DNA of 64,000 nt, taken from a virus. Taxonomy: Duplodnaviria > Caudoviricetes. This document shows positions 28,155 to 38,793 of this stretch, piece by piece; positions within the stretch are counted from its first letter, which is position 1, and each line of letters opens with the position of its first letter. The stretch lies in IMG/VR virus record IMGVR_UViG_3300048881_000780; one strand, written 5' to 3'. Below the pieces are notes generated by a model. That model saw nothing but the letters and a program-made list of their open reading frames with translations. It searched no databases and was not told the origin of the DNA. The position numbers and the translations under genes are program-made.

Positions 28155-31100
28155 TTAATCCCAGTCTTCTTCATTGTCGTCATCAATATCACCGAACTCA
28201 TCTTCTTCATCTTCAGTAAATTGGTTAAAATCTAATGGAATATTTTCCTCTTTATTATTTAGATATTCTTCATGATCTACATCAAAATCATCGTCAGAAT
28301 TTTTCTTCTTCTTGTATCCCATCATTGTAGCAAGATCATCAGATGAAATCTCTTCGCTATCATTCTCTTCTTCAAATAAGCTATCAAATCCAACAGGTGA
28401 AGAATTCTTATGTTCCGCTTCAGTTATAAAATCATTAATATCTTCGTGTTCGATTATTTCAATATAGTCGATTTTATCCGCTTCATGTCTTAATTGAACA
28501 GTCATTCCACCCATTAAATAAACTACAATCTTTCTAAACTCGAACCCGTCATCAAGATGTTGTCTTCTTAAATAAACCAAATGATCTACAAACTTGGTAT
28601 CTAATTTTGAGGCCCCATCTAGATCTAGACATATAATGCCATCGCACATCTTCGTTTCAGCAGATACCCATCTAATCAAATCAACATCTTTTTGAAATGA
28701 CTTTTTTCCACTTAGATCCTTAAGGTTTCCTTTACTTCTTTCATTTTTAGCAAACTCAGTATTAAAACCTCTTAAATCTTCTAATCTCTTAACCCATGCA
28801 GGAAAATACTTTCCTCTTTTCATTGGCCTTATTTTTTCTGGAATTTCATAGATATCATCTACAAATGTTCTATTAAAATTGTAAATATCTTCTTTTATAT
28901 TTGAATCACTTAGAATTATAATCCCTTTACTGTTTGCGTACTCAATAGCATCTTTTTGAAATTTTCCAGTTGTTACAAAAATAAATCTTTCAAATTCAAT
29001 GCCACACATATCCCTATATAGATCAATGGTCTTTAGAACCTTTTTTAAGTCATCTTTGTTGCTGGCGCTAGTAGGTCTATTTTTACACTGAATTCCAACT
29101 GCTTTCTTGTTTTTTCTATCTGTCCAGTACAGTAGATCTAGACCGGAATCTCGACCACCTTTATGAACTTTAGAGCTTAATATTCCTCTAGATTTTAACT
29201 CATCGGTTGACTCGACATCCTTCCCTTGTTTTCTTAAGAATGAAGCATACCACTTCTCAAAAAGAGGGCCTTTATCTTTAGTCTTAGTTGTTTTTAACTT
29301 TTCATATTCTTTTAAATTGATTTGATCATCAACTTTTTCATCACTTTGTTGAATAGCGATAATGTCTGAAGACTTTTGTTGTGGCTCTATTAATCCCCAA
29401 AAAATTGGTTCCTTTATTTGGTCACCTTGATTTTTAATGGCCTTAAGTAGTGGCTTATTGTAATCAAGAGGTGTTAAAACTTCACACGAGTTTGCAGTCG
29501 TATCTATTAGATCTAGGGCCGACTTTACTTGGGAGTTTTTAAGAGTTTTAAACATATAGATAATTTTATGATCACTAACAAGCTTTCCTTCTGAGTCTTT
29601 ATCTATTTCAATATAACCTTCCTTAATGACTCTATCGTTAAACCTAATGTCAACTTCATCTCCATTTAAGATTGCCAGAGCATACTTTTTGCCAGTTTTT
29701 TCATTTTTAAAGAATAGACTAAATGAGTAGTACTGAGGGTTATAAGTCTTTAATACTTTATAATCCTCATGCTTAATGAATGCACTCAGAACCATATTAA
29801 AAAATTTCTTGATATCCATTTTTTGAAAATCGATACCATCAAAACCTTTCTCAATAACAACCATGGCCCTATCGTAATCAGGAGTCTTAGCCATATCAAC
29901 TTTGCTCTCAATTCGATCTAGAGTCAGATTCATATTCTCACCTAAGTAAGGTTGATAAGCTGGAATAAGAGGCGATCTAGTTACTTTACACGTTAAATGG
30001 GGGCATTCTATGAGAGCTTCACCTGTCTTTAATTTCCCAGGTTCAAAACCAGAGAAGTCTACCTGAAGAACTTCCTTCATATATTTAATATCCCTACCAG
30101 TAATTCTCATAATAATACGTGTAGATAAGTTTGTAGCTAGTCTAGATGGAAATGTGGCCGCTCTAGCTTCCTGAGATGCTAAAATAGCACTTATTCCAAC
30201 TTTACGATATTGAGACAGGAATTCATGAAGTAATTGTGCTGGAGAACCGGGAGATTTAGAATTTGAATCAAACTGAAGAAATTCTGATAATCCTGCAAAT
30301 TCGTCAATAGCAACGATTATATGAGGCAACTTTTTTCCGGTAATTCTCTTGTAGTCTTGAATATTGGCACATGTAGTTCCGGTTTCAATTGAAACTTCTC
30401 TAAAAAGTGCAATCCTCTCTCTTTGTCTCTTTTGAACATATTTTAAAACATTTTGTACTTCCACAAGAGGATGAGAGGTGTCAGATCCTATGACTTTCCT
30501 AAATGATGTATGTCCAAATTTAGAAAATTTTTGGTGAATCGGATCGAATTCTTCTGAATCTGAACCGTTCCCGCAAATAATTTCAACTTCGGAACCATAT
30601 ACCTGTGCATGAAAAAGTAGCATACTTTTAAGATATTCAGACTTTCCCGAACCAGTAGTTCCTACTATCATTAAGTGAGGTGATAAATCTGAACTCACAA
30701 AAATTTCACCAGATGCGCTTCCGATATCAATAGAGCCATCGCGAACACCTCCAAAGTACCAGTGAAACTGATTTGTCTCTTTATAAAGTTTTTGAAGTTC
30801 TTTAACCGGCCCGTTAATCCAGTTGTCAAATTCTTCAGCAACAGTTGTTTCAACACACTTTTTTACATCTTTTTTAGTATGCAAAATATATGTATCTGGA
30901 TTATCTTGAGATTGACTCGCAAATGTATACTCAAATCTCTTTTCTTTTGTAGAGTATTCAATACTGAATTGTTCCATTGCTTTTTGTAGATCATCAATTT
31001 TAATACCTAAATTTCTACAGTCTAAATGAAGATCTCCATTGCTTTTTAATTCAATTGTTGGATATTTTCTATTGTATATTTCACCAAGAACTTCGTCATA

Positions 31101-31805
31101 AAAGAGTTTAAAGTCATCACATATTTTATGAAATCTTCTCTCTCTTTGGTCTTTTAGAGTTAAAAACTCTACTTCTAATTGTCCGTTCTTATTTGGTTTA
31201 ACTACACCATATTGAGATTTTCCAATCCTTAAATCATAAAGTCCTTGAATTAGAGTAGCATTATAGTTTTTTTCATTTTTTCTAAACTGTTGCATGGCCT
31301 CTTTTCTAATATTGAAAATAATTACCTTTTTACCTTGAACTTCAAATTGCGGATAATAGTCTCTTGTTTTTTTAATTGGTTTTCCAGTTTGATCAACCTT
31401 TGGTCTCTTAAAGAACCACCAACCTTCGAGAACATATCTGTCGGTCGTTTCTGAATATACGAGGGCCACAGAATTCATTAATTCAAAATATTGATCTAGA
31501 AAAGTCTTTTCTTTACTTGGAGCAAGCTTTATTAAAATTATACCGAGTAAAATAACTGCAAAAATTACTAAAAAAATAGGTCTCTCTTGAATTAATTTTA
31601 CAACTGGGAAATCCATGAAAATAACGACGTACTTCTTTAGAAGTTTAAAAAATGGTTTCATTATTGATGGAGATAGAAAGTGCTCTAACAAATCGCTGTC
31701 TACATATTTTACAAGAATCTTTCTGAAGCTCCTGTTAAATATATAGTTATAACAGAGACTAATATATCCAATAAATAGTGCTAAATAAAACTTAAAATAA
31801 TTCAT
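28155..31805 (-). CDS. Membrane-anchored FtsK/SpoIIIE-family ATPase fused to tandem Mrr-like PD-(D/E)xK domains and an acidic tail
   Basis: N-terminal TM; GTTGSGKS, AIDEF, RKVGI..ILASQ; FE...DSGLDL...IQCK...VTTGKF. Confidence 0.85.
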   Translation of the reverse strand: MNYFKFYLALFIGYISLCYNYIFNRSFRKILVKYVDSDLLEHFLSPSIMKPFFKLLKKYVVIFMDFPVVKLIQERPIFLVIFAVILLGIILIKLAPSKEKTFLDQYFELMNSVALVYSETTDRYVLEGWWFFKRPKVDQTGKPIKKTRDYYPQFEVQGKKVIIFNIRKEAMQQFRKNEKNYNATLIQGLYDLRIGKSQYGVVKPNKNGQLEVEFLTLKDQRERRFHKICDDFKLFYDEVLGEIYNRKYPTIELKSNGDLHLDCRNLGIKIDDLQKAMEQFSIEYSTKEKRFEYTFASQSQDNPDTYILHTKKDVKKCVETTVAEEFDNWINGPVKELQKLYKETNQFHWYFGGVRDGSIDIGSASGEIFVSSDLSPHLMIVGTTGSGKSEYLKSMLLFHAQVYGSEVEIICGNGSDSEEFDPIHQKFSKFGHTSFRKVIGSDTSHPLVEVQNVLKYVQKRQRERIALFREVSIETGTTCANIQDYKRITGKKLPHIIVAIDEFAGLSEFLQFDSNSKSPGSPAQLLHEFLSQYRKVGISAILASQEARAATFPSRLATNLSTRIIMRITGRDIKYMKEVLQVDFSGFEPGKLKTGEALIECPHLTCKVTRSPLIPAYQPYLGENMNLTLDRIESKVDMAKTPDYDRAMVVIEKGFDGIDFQKMDIKKFFNMVLSAFIKHEDYKVLKTYNPQYYSFSLFFKNEKTGKKYALAILNGDEVDIRFNDRVIKEGYIEIDKDSEGKLVSDHKIIYMFKTLKNSQVKSALDLIDTTANSCEVLTPLDYNKPLLKAIKNQGDQIKEPIFWGLIEPQQKSSDIIAIQQSDEKVDDQINLKEYEKLKTTKTKDKGPLFEKWYASFLRKQGKDVESTDELKSRGILSSKVHKGGRDSGLDLLYWTDRKNKKAVGIQCKNRPTSASNKDDLKKVLKTIDLYRDMCGIEFERFIFVTTGKFQKDAIEYANSKGIIILSDSNIKEDIYNFNRTFVDDIYEIPEKIRPMKRGKYFPAWVKRLEDLRGFNTEFAKNERSKGNLKDLSGKKSFQKDVDLIRWVSAETKMCDGIICLDLDGASKLDTKFVDHLVYLRRQHLDDGFEFRKIVVYLMGGMTVQLRHEADKIDYIEIIEHEDINDFITEAEHKNSSPVGFDSLFEEENDSEEISSDDLATMMGYKKKKNSDDDFDVDHEEYLNNKEENIPLDFNQFTEDEEDEFGDIDDDNEEDWD

Positions 31806-31838
31806 TAATTCCTCAGTGCTTATAATTCTCTTATCGTA

Positions 31839-32114
31839 TTAGGACAGTTTATGTAACTGAGGTAATTCAACCTTCGTTAAGTCATAGACCTTGATGCCCT
31901 TTTCCGCTAAGGAGATTTTAAATAAATTAATCTTTCTGGAAGTAATTGGATCTAGGTTAGAAAATAGATTTGCACATTCTATTGATCTGGTTAATCCATA
32001 GGAGTACAGAAGAGAAAAAACAACTTGAGCCAACTCTTGCGTATATGAGATTTTTAGAATTAAAACTCTTTTTCCATAGTTATTAATGTTAATAATCGCA
32101 TATTTATTTTTCAT
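31839..32114 (-). CDS. Hypothetical protein, 91 aa
   Basis: ORF with AGGA RBS. Confidence 0.6.
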   Translation of the reverse strand: MKNKYAIININNYGKRVLILKISYTQELAQVVFSLLYSYGLTRSIECANLFSNLDPITSRKINLFKISLAEKGIKVYDLTKVELPQLHKLS

Positions 32115-32140
32115 ACTTTCCTTATAAGACCTTTATATTA

Positions 32141-32155
32141 TAACACGGTGTGTCA
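32141..32155. promoter_or_regulatory. TAACAC-N3-GTGTYA operator-like palindrome
   Basis: TAACAC-ggt-GTGTCA abutting minus-strand TATAAT. Confidence 0.65.
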
Positions 32156-32191
32156 CGGTACGGCCCTATAGGCGATAGGAATCTACGCAGT

Positions 32192-33535
32192 TCATAGTTT
32201 TGGGTTTTTCTTCTCCCATTTTGATAAACTAGAGCTAACCTCTTGAATTTCTTCAATTAGTTTCTCTGTTAATCGTTCTTTTGACTTGAATATCTTCTTA
32301 AATTCTTTCATTTTCTGAGTCTCGTCCTTAACTAATAGCTTCTTTTCCTTAACTTCTTTCTTTGTCATTCGGTAGATGGACATATCAGCTAAATAATCAC
32401 AATTCACAAACTTCTTTTTCTTCAGATACTCGATATATGTCTTTCTATCTTCAAGCTTGTGGGCCTTCTCAAAGTGCTTCTCTTCGATGAATCTAATGAT
32501 TTCATTACTTTTGTTAATTGCATTTATCGAAGACTCCAATAGTAGCTCATATCTTCTTTTAACTACCTTTAAGCGCTCTTTTGTGAATATTTCAATGTAC
32601 TCTCGTGGATCATTAAAGGTCCACACGGTGTTATCTTTGATTAGATTGTAAACGGGAGAAAAACTAACTCTTGTTTCAAGTAGGGACTCAATGTCAGCTA
32701 TTTTCAACTTCCTCCCCTTATGAAATACAAGCTCAATATTTACATTATTTTTCTTTGATCTATCTAGATAATCCTTAAGACTTCCCTCTTCTATGAGATC
32801 TCCCAATTTTTGGTTAATTTTCTTCGCGTCCATTCCTCTTGGTAATTCAGTTATATAGAACTTTCCTTTTACTTCACTAACTCCTAATTCAGTGTAGAAT
32901 TTGCCATCATCTTCCAAGACTTTCTTAGTATATCCTCTATACTTAGGGATAAGTTTAGATACCCTTTTTCCTTCTAAAAATTGAATCATGGCCTTACAGA
33001 TATCTTTATGATGAAACGAAGGAATATTTGTTCTATAGCCCGAAGCGATCCCCTCTGCTCCATTTAATAGAACAAGAGGTAATTTAGGGAGAAAGAATTC
33101 GGGTTCAAAGTCTTTTTCATCGTAACTAGGTATCATATTCACTTGGTTTAGATCACCTAATAGTAAAAGTTTAGCAATTTCTCCAAGTTTACATTCGATA
33201 TACCTCGCTGCCGCAGGAGTTGTCTCCATTCTCTCTCCGAAACTACCTTTTCCTTCAATTAATGGATAATTATTTGCAAATACATAATCTTGAGATAATT
33301 TTACAAGAGTAGATTCAACTGATGTATTTCCGTGAGGATGTAGAGTTAGTGTATAACCCGCGGCGGAAGCAACCTTTAACAGACCCTTTGATAAATTCTT
33401 GTATAAAATCCAAAGTGCTCTTCTTTGACCAGGTTTTAGACCATCTGTACTATATGGTATAGCTCGATCTTTAAGAGTATAAATTTGATACTCATAATAT
33501 TCTGATAAGATCACTTTCTTAGTTTCATTTGTCAT
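32192..33535 (-). CDS. Type IIA topoisomerase subunit A (GyrA/ParC-like, lacks beta-pinwheel CTD)
   Basis: RAIP..DGLKPGQRR, HPHG, AAARY, LLNGAEGIASG; only 447 aa. Confidence 0.92.
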   Translation of the reverse strand: MTNETKKVILSEYYEYQIYTLKDRAIPYSTDGLKPGQRRALWILYKNLSKGLLKVASAAGYTLTLHPHGNTSVESTLVKLSQDYVFANNYPLIEGKGSFGERMETTPAAARYIECKLGEIAKLLLLGDLNQVNMIPSYDEKDFEPEFFLPKLPLVLLNGAEGIASGYRTNIPSFHHKDICKAMIQFLEGKRVSKLIPKYRGYTKKVLEDDGKFYTELGVSEVKGKFYITELPRGMDAKKINQKLGDLIEEGSLKDYLDRSKKNNVNIELVFHKGRKLKIADIESLLETRVSFSPVYNLIKDNTVWTFNDPREYIEIFTKERLKVVKRRYELLLESSINAINKSNEIIRFIEEKHFEKAHKLEDRKTYIEYLKKKKFVNCDYLADMSIYRMTKKEVKEKKLLVKDETQKMKEFKKIFKSKERLTEKLIEEIQEVSSSLSKWEKKNPKL

Positions 33536-33572
33536 TATATTCTCTTTTGTTTAGCTTCATTTAAATATTTTC

Positions 33573-35507
33573 TCATATTGAATCAACTCCATTTCTAAAG
33601 AGTTCTTTTCGAGGGCCTGAATCTTTAGAAAAGCAAATAGATAGTACTTTTTGGATTTCACTTTCATCATCGATTAGCAATGTTTGATACTCAGTCTCTT
33701 TCATTAAGTAATCCCAGGCTTCTCTACTCATTTCACCAAGACCTTTATTCCTATTTATACGTTTAATTTTTAAACTTTTTTTACTCTTTAATTTTTCCAA
33801 TTCACTATCAGTTGAGCAAAATAATAGCCCCTTATTTGTTTCTAATTCATAGAGTGGAGCTTTTGCTAACTTAACTTGTCCATTTTTAAAAAGCTCAGGC
33901 CAAAACTTAAAAAAGAAATTAATTAGGAGTGTATTTATATGGCCCCCATCAACATCCGAATCTGCAAGAAATACTATTTCTGGAAATCTCATCTCTTCTC
34001 TATCTGAAGACTTTGATAAATCTAATCCAATTGCAGATATAATATCTTGATACTCTTGGTTTTTAATTACGTCCTTAATGTCGCACGATAAAACATTTAA
34101 AGGTTTTCCCTTAAGGGGTATCCCACCTTGAGTTTCTTGATCACGAGAACTTCTAAGTCCGGCGATCGCAGAGTCTCCCTCGCATATAAATAGTTGACAC
34201 TTACTTCTATCTTTTCTTGCATTGGCATCTAATAATTTTGCTACTTTCTTTTTTCTAGATTTTTTTGCAAGCTTTGATGCCTCTTTTAAAAAATCCTGCT
34301 GTTTTCTCTTTTTAGCTCGCTCAATAACTTGTTCTAAAAAGTCCTTGTTTCTTCTGAAAAACAAAGACATTGATTCACCCATTGCACTCTCTATGGCCTT
34401 TTCTAGAAATGAGTGTTTCACCATCTTTCTCTTAGTTTGAGATTCAAATCTGGCGTTTGGAATAACTAGATTTATGACAAATACCATTCCCATACATATA
34501 TCTAAATCAGATATATCAATCTTTTGTCTCTTGGCCTCTTTCTTTAATTTATCTTTTATCGAATTAATAAAGAACCTTCTAACCTTATCGTGATGATAAC
34601 CACCATCAAAAGTTGGTGTTGAATTTACAAATGAAATAAACTCTTCTCTTTCAGCTGACTTTTTATTAAAAAAAGTAAGTATATCTAAATCAATTAACCC
34701 CTTTACAGGTTTCTTCTTAGAGTCTTTTGTTACATATGTATGTTGATATCTTTTAACTAGGTAATTACCTTTATGACTAGGAAGTAGAGGTATTAACTCT
34801 TCTAATCCCTTTTTAGTAAAAAATACTTCTTTATTAAACGTAAATTTAAGACCTGGGTTTATATATGATAAATCGATAATTCTTTTTCTTATATAGGATT
34901 CATCAAGGAGTGCGTCCCCATATACTTCAGGAGACAACTTAAGAGTTATTTTTACACCAGATTTTCCTGAAAATTTCTTGGTTCTTTTTTCTTTTATTTT
35001 ATTTGCACCATCAACAAATACAACAGTCTTCTCTTTTTTCTTTGATTTGTGTCTAACTGTTACCTCAAATAAATCAGAAGTTAAGCATGTGGCAGATGAA
35101 CCTACTCCATTTTGCCCAAGTGTTCTAGAGAGGTAGCCATTCTCATCTGATTCATTATCACCAAACTTTGACCCTACTCGGTACTCAGAGTAAACAGGTA
35201 CTATCTTACTAACATCGAAACCAATACCGTCATCTTCAATAGTAATAGTCTCTCTATCCTCACTTAGAGTTACTTTTATATGTTTAACATTACCTCTTAA
35301 GTATTCATCAATAGAGTTGTCTATAATCTCCTCGATGGCCTTATTTTTTGCCTGGTGAAATTGAAATTCAGAAAAAACTAATTCTTTATCTTTGTAAGTA
35401 TGTGTTTTTAGACCTTCTATACTATTTGAACCAAATGTTAATTCTACCCTATTTCTAGAATGCCAACGCTGTGACTTTTTCTCGATAATAGCTTCTTTTT
35501 TTGCCAT
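33573..35507 (-). CDS. Type IIA topoisomerase subunit B (GyrB/ParE-like)
   Basis: EIIDNSIDE, DDGIG, GQNGVG, EGDSA, PLKGK, DSDVDG.HI, KGLGEM. Confidence 0.94.
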   Translation of the reverse strand: MAKKEAIIEKKSQRWHSRNRVELTFGSNSIEGLKTHTYKDKELVFSEFQFHQAKNKAIEEIIDNSIDEYLRGNVKHIKVTLSEDRETITIEDDGIGFDVSKIVPVYSEYRVGSKFGDNESDENGYLSRTLGQNGVGSSATCLTSDLFEVTVRHKSKKKEKTVVFVDGANKIKEKRTKKFSGKSGVKITLKLSPEVYGDALLDESYIRKRIIDLSYINPGLKFTFNKEVFFTKKGLEELIPLLPSHKGNYLVKRYQHTYVTKDSKKKPVKGLIDLDILTFFNKKSAEREEFISFVNSTPTFDGGYHHDKVRRFFINSIKDKLKKEAKRQKIDISDLDICMGMVFVINLVIPNARFESQTKRKMVKHSFLEKAIESAMGESMSLFFRRNKDFLEQVIERAKKRKQQDFLKEASKLAKKSRKKKVAKLLDANARKDRSKCQLFICEGDSAIAGLRSSRDQETQGGIPLKGKPLNVLSCDIKDVIKNQEYQDIISAIGLDLSKSSDREEMRFPEIVFLADSDVDGGHINTLLINFFFKFWPELFKNGQVKLAKAPLYELETNKGLLFCSTDSELEKLKSKKSLKIKRINRNKGLGEMSREAWDYLMKETEYQTLLIDDESEIQKVLSICFSKDSGPRKELFRNGVDSI

Positions 35508-35530
35508 TTTTCATAATCCTTAATATATGT

Positions 35531-35550
35531 TAACACTTTGTGTTATCGTA
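35531..35550 (-). promoter_or_regulatory. TAACAC-ttt-GTGTTA palindrome overlapping a TACGATAA motif upstream of the topoisomerase operon
   Basis: Perfect palindrome 35531-35545; TTATCGTA 35543-35550. Confidence 0.7.
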
Positions 35551-35856
35551 TATTTTAACATGTGATTCACTAATTATTTAAAATTTGGTAAGACCCAACC
35601 TAAAAACAACATGTTAAGATTGAAGAATATTGAAATTATCGTGTACACAATAATTATAGTGCTATCTAAAAAAAATATTAAAATAACGAAAATACCTAAT
35701 GAGTAAACAGTGACTTATAGTTGCAGACAATATGAAAAACCTGTAATAACAGTAATGTAACCAGTTAACCTAAACTCAACCTTTTTACTTGAGTGACGCA
35801 CTCAGTCATGCTAAAATTAATTAATTTGAACGTTATCAGTAATTTGGAAGAGGTTT

Positions 35857-37470
35857 ATGAGATTTATAGCAATACTAACATTACTACTTGTCGTATCATG
35901 TCAACCTAGCAAAAAGAAGAAGGTTGTTAAATCACCATTGGCCCCTCCAGTTAACAATGAGAACCCAAACACTCAGGGTGGGATATCAAGTCAAATTTAT
36001 GCACTAGAGGACCTGGTGAGTTTTAACAATAGCGCAACTCCAATCGAGGATTCTTACAACTCTTTTAATCTACCTCTTTCATCCTTCTCTGGAATAAATA
36101 TCGTAGGTAGAGATGTCGATAATTTAGCATTTTCAACTTACAATGAGTCAAATATCTCTAAGGCACATGCTTTAAAATATTTAATTACAAATGAAGTTGA
36201 TACAACTATTGAACACTTTCAAAATAACGAACTTACTTTAATCACTGAAACAAACGGTAGAGCTTATTACATCATTAAAGAAATTGACAATGAGATATTT
36301 ATTCATTCGGGTAAAAATAATAACAGCTCAAAGGTTTTATTGTCTGATAGTCATGTATTAGTTTACAACACTGTAGATTACACGCATGTTAACTACTATA
36401 AAGTTCCAAACACTAAAAGTGATTCTTTAAATATTTCTCTACTTACTCTTCCCTATACTTTTTCTAGATCTGGGGATTCTGTAACAGGTAACGTTCAAAT
36501 CGTTACAGATCAACACTCGGGTGGAGTGGCGATAAATTCTTCTAATGATTATTCTTTTAATTACTTTGATAAAGATACATCATCGTATATCCCACTTGAT
36601 TTTACTGGTGCCATGAAAACTGAAGTTCATAATCACCTAGTGACCAACTACGATATAATTTCGACTTATGCAGAAGGAACTACATTTATTTTAACACTAT
36701 CTCATCGCACTGATGGAGATATTATTGAATACGCCCTATATGGATACAAGAGTGGTGTTACTTGGACTTCTAAACAACTTAGACTTACAACTGAGGGTGA
36801 AGACGCTAGACCGTACGATATTATTAAATCAAACTATGGATTAGTTGAATATTTTTATGACAGCAATGAAGTAGGGAAATATCTACTAGATGATAAAATT
36901 TCTCCACAGTTTCAGTCATATATTACGACCTTTGGGAACAATTTAAACATAACAGATATTATCTTAGTTAAGAATAATCAAAATCTTTGTCTTGGTAAAT
37001 TAACAGGTGAGACTAGATGCTTTGGTCACAACAACCTATCTACTTCTCATATTAATGAAATATCACCCTTAAAGATGTTTGTGGGTGGAAGTAATTCTAT
37101 CTTTGCTCTATACGAGAATGGAAAAATTTATGCTATTGAAAAATACTCTCCAAACAGTGATGTTTTCTTAAGTGGATTTTCCACCAGTGAAGCCGAAAAA
37201 CAAATATCAGGCACAGTTAGAGAGATTGGCCTTGTAGAAGATTTAAGATCTAAGAGACTCACTCTATTTGCCATTCAAAATAACGGAGAAATCGTTATTA
37301 TCGGTAATAGAATTGGTCAAACTTTTGGATCAACTAGTTATGATAATCACAGATATCAACTAGAATACTTCTTTGTTGGATATAATTACATAGGTTTACA
37401 GGCCTCCAATGGTGATCCAAGTTTTATCACTCCTAAGGGGCAGAACTTTATCAATTCAAACGCCTTTTAA
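35857..37470 (+). CDS. Lipoprotein, beta-rich (possible propeller)
   Basis: Lipobox VVSC; GAGG RBS. Confidence 0.75.
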   Translation: MRFIAILTLLLVVSCQPSKKKKVVKSPLAPPVNNENPNTQGGISSQIYALEDLVSFNNSATPIEDSYNSFNLPLSSFSGINIVGRDVDNLAFSTYNESNISKAHALKYLITNEVDTTIEHFQNNELTLITETNGRAYYIIKEIDNEIFIHSGKNNNSSKVLLSDSHVLVYNTVDYTHVNYYKVPNTKSDSLNISLLTLPYTFSRSGDSVTGNVQIVTDQHSGGVAINSSNDYSFNYFDKDTSSYIPLDFTGAMKTEVHNHLVTNYDIISTYAEGTTFILTLSHRTDGDIIEYALYGYKSGVTWTSKQLRLTTEGEDARPYDIIKSNYGLVEYFYDSNEVGKYLLDDKISPQFQSYITTFGNNLNITDIILVKNNQNLCLGKLTGETRCFGHNNLSTSHINEISPLKMFVGGSNSIFALYENGKIYAIEKYSPNSDVFLSGFSTSEAEKQISGTVREIGLVEDLRSKRLTLFAIQNNGEIVIIGNRIGQTFGSTSYDNHRYQLEYFFVGYNYIGLQASNGDPSFITPKGQNFINSNAF

Positions 37471-37516
37471 ATAGATCTTTTTTATGATAACTCATGTCCT
37501 CAAATAAAGAGGTTCT

Positions 37517-38425
37517 ATGAGTTCAATACATTTAAAAAGACGTCTACAAAAAGAGTTCTTCAAAAGAGAATCGAAAGTAAATGATCAATTTCTTCAAGCG
37601 CTTCATTCAATATATAAAATTACGAATGAGGATATTATTGATAGAACTTCTTCAGAATGGTTAAAGTTTGACCTACCTAAGTACCAAAATAAAATTAAAG
37701 ATGATCCTAATTACTCTAAAATGGGATGGTACATAAATCAAATGGCCATGGATCAGATATTACCTGAAACTATATTTCTAGCAAAAGATATAGAAAGTAG
37801 ATCAGTTAAAAACTTTGTTGTATCTAAGAACTTATCTAAGGCCCTGTCTGAAGTTGGAACAAGAGTAAAAATTGGTAGTTTTCTTGAAATGTCTAGTCCG
37901 TACTATATTGAAATGGATGGCCTAGAAGTAAATGGCTCTAGCTTGAGATTCGCCTATATAGACACACCCTATCTTTGTGACGATAAAGTAATGATCCGAT
38001 TCTTTATATACTATATTGACGAAAACAAAGAAACATCAACAATTATGAAGCAATTTGAGGCATCTGAGGACGTATCAATTGAGGAAATTGTTAAAGTAGA
38101 ATACTATAACGAGGTAGATAAATTTTTAATTCAATCGATATTTGCTAGTTGTATCTATATTCTAGGAAATAACGAAGAGCTCAAAGAAAAAGTTAATACA
38201 TTTGCTGGTAGTAAGAAGGCCATTGAAACTCAAAAGAATAGCTTCTCAACTGAAGCATTTCATTTAATGGGAGAAGATTTTAAATATCTAAGATTATTAA
38301 AGGGCGATAAGTTCTCCGTTAAGGGGCATTTTAGATGGCAGAGATGCGGGAAAGATTTAAAAGATATTAAGTTAACTTTTGTTACTCCTCATGAAAGGGC
38401 CCTAAATTCCAATATTTTAAAATAA
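37517..38425 (+). CDS. Phage/plasmid-type hypothetical protein with VxGHxRxQ..G...PH motif
   Basis: VKGHFRWQRCG...FVTPH near C-terminus. Confidence 0.7.
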   Translation: MSSIHLKRRLQKEFFKRESKVNDQFLQALHSIYKITNEDIIDRTSSEWLKFDLPKYQNKIKDDPNYSKMGWYINQMAMDQILPETIFLAKDIESRSVKNFVVSKNLSKALSEVGTRVKIGSFLEMSSPYYIEMDGLEVNGSSLRFAYIDTPYLCDDKVMIRFFIYYIDENKETSTIMKQFEASEDVSIEEIVKVEYYNEVDKFLIQSIFASCIYILGNNEELKEKVNTFAGSKKAIETQKNSFSTEAFHLMGEDFKYLRLLKGDKFSVKGHFRWQRCGKDLKDIKLTFVTPHERALNSNILK

Positions 38426-38427
38426 AA

Positions 38428-38793
38428 CTAGGTTGGTAGAATTCTAACTTTCCCATCTGATAAGTGAGCAACTTTACACGATGTCCAGGTTTCTTTTTTC
38501 TTATTTCTTGTTGTCCAGTCTGCGACGAGATATGGATCATAGAAAATCTCTACACTCCATTTATGATTACTATTTTCAAACAAAGAAACTAACTCTCCCT
38601 CAATAAATGCGTGTACATTTTTTTGCCTCTCTCTTAGTACTCTCTCCCTTCCCTTTTTACCTACAACTAATCTGCAATTGATAAGAGTTATAGCATTAGT
38701 GTAAGCGATTACCTTACCAGTCTTTTTATTTCTTACTGAAAAACAGCCTTTATGTAAGTTTTTATATACTTGGACAATCATTTCTTCACCCAC
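38428..38793 (-). CDS. Conserved phage-type hypothetical protein (VYxNLH...KNVHAF)
   Basis: VYKNLHKGCFSV...GRERVLRERQKNVHAFIEG. Confidence 0.75.
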   Translation of the reverse strand: MGEEMIVQVYKNLHKGCFSVRNKKTGKVIAYTNAITLINCRLVVGKKGRERVLRERQKNVHAFIEGELVSLFENSNHKWSVEIFYDPYLVADWTTRNKKKETWTSCKVAHLSDGKVRILPT

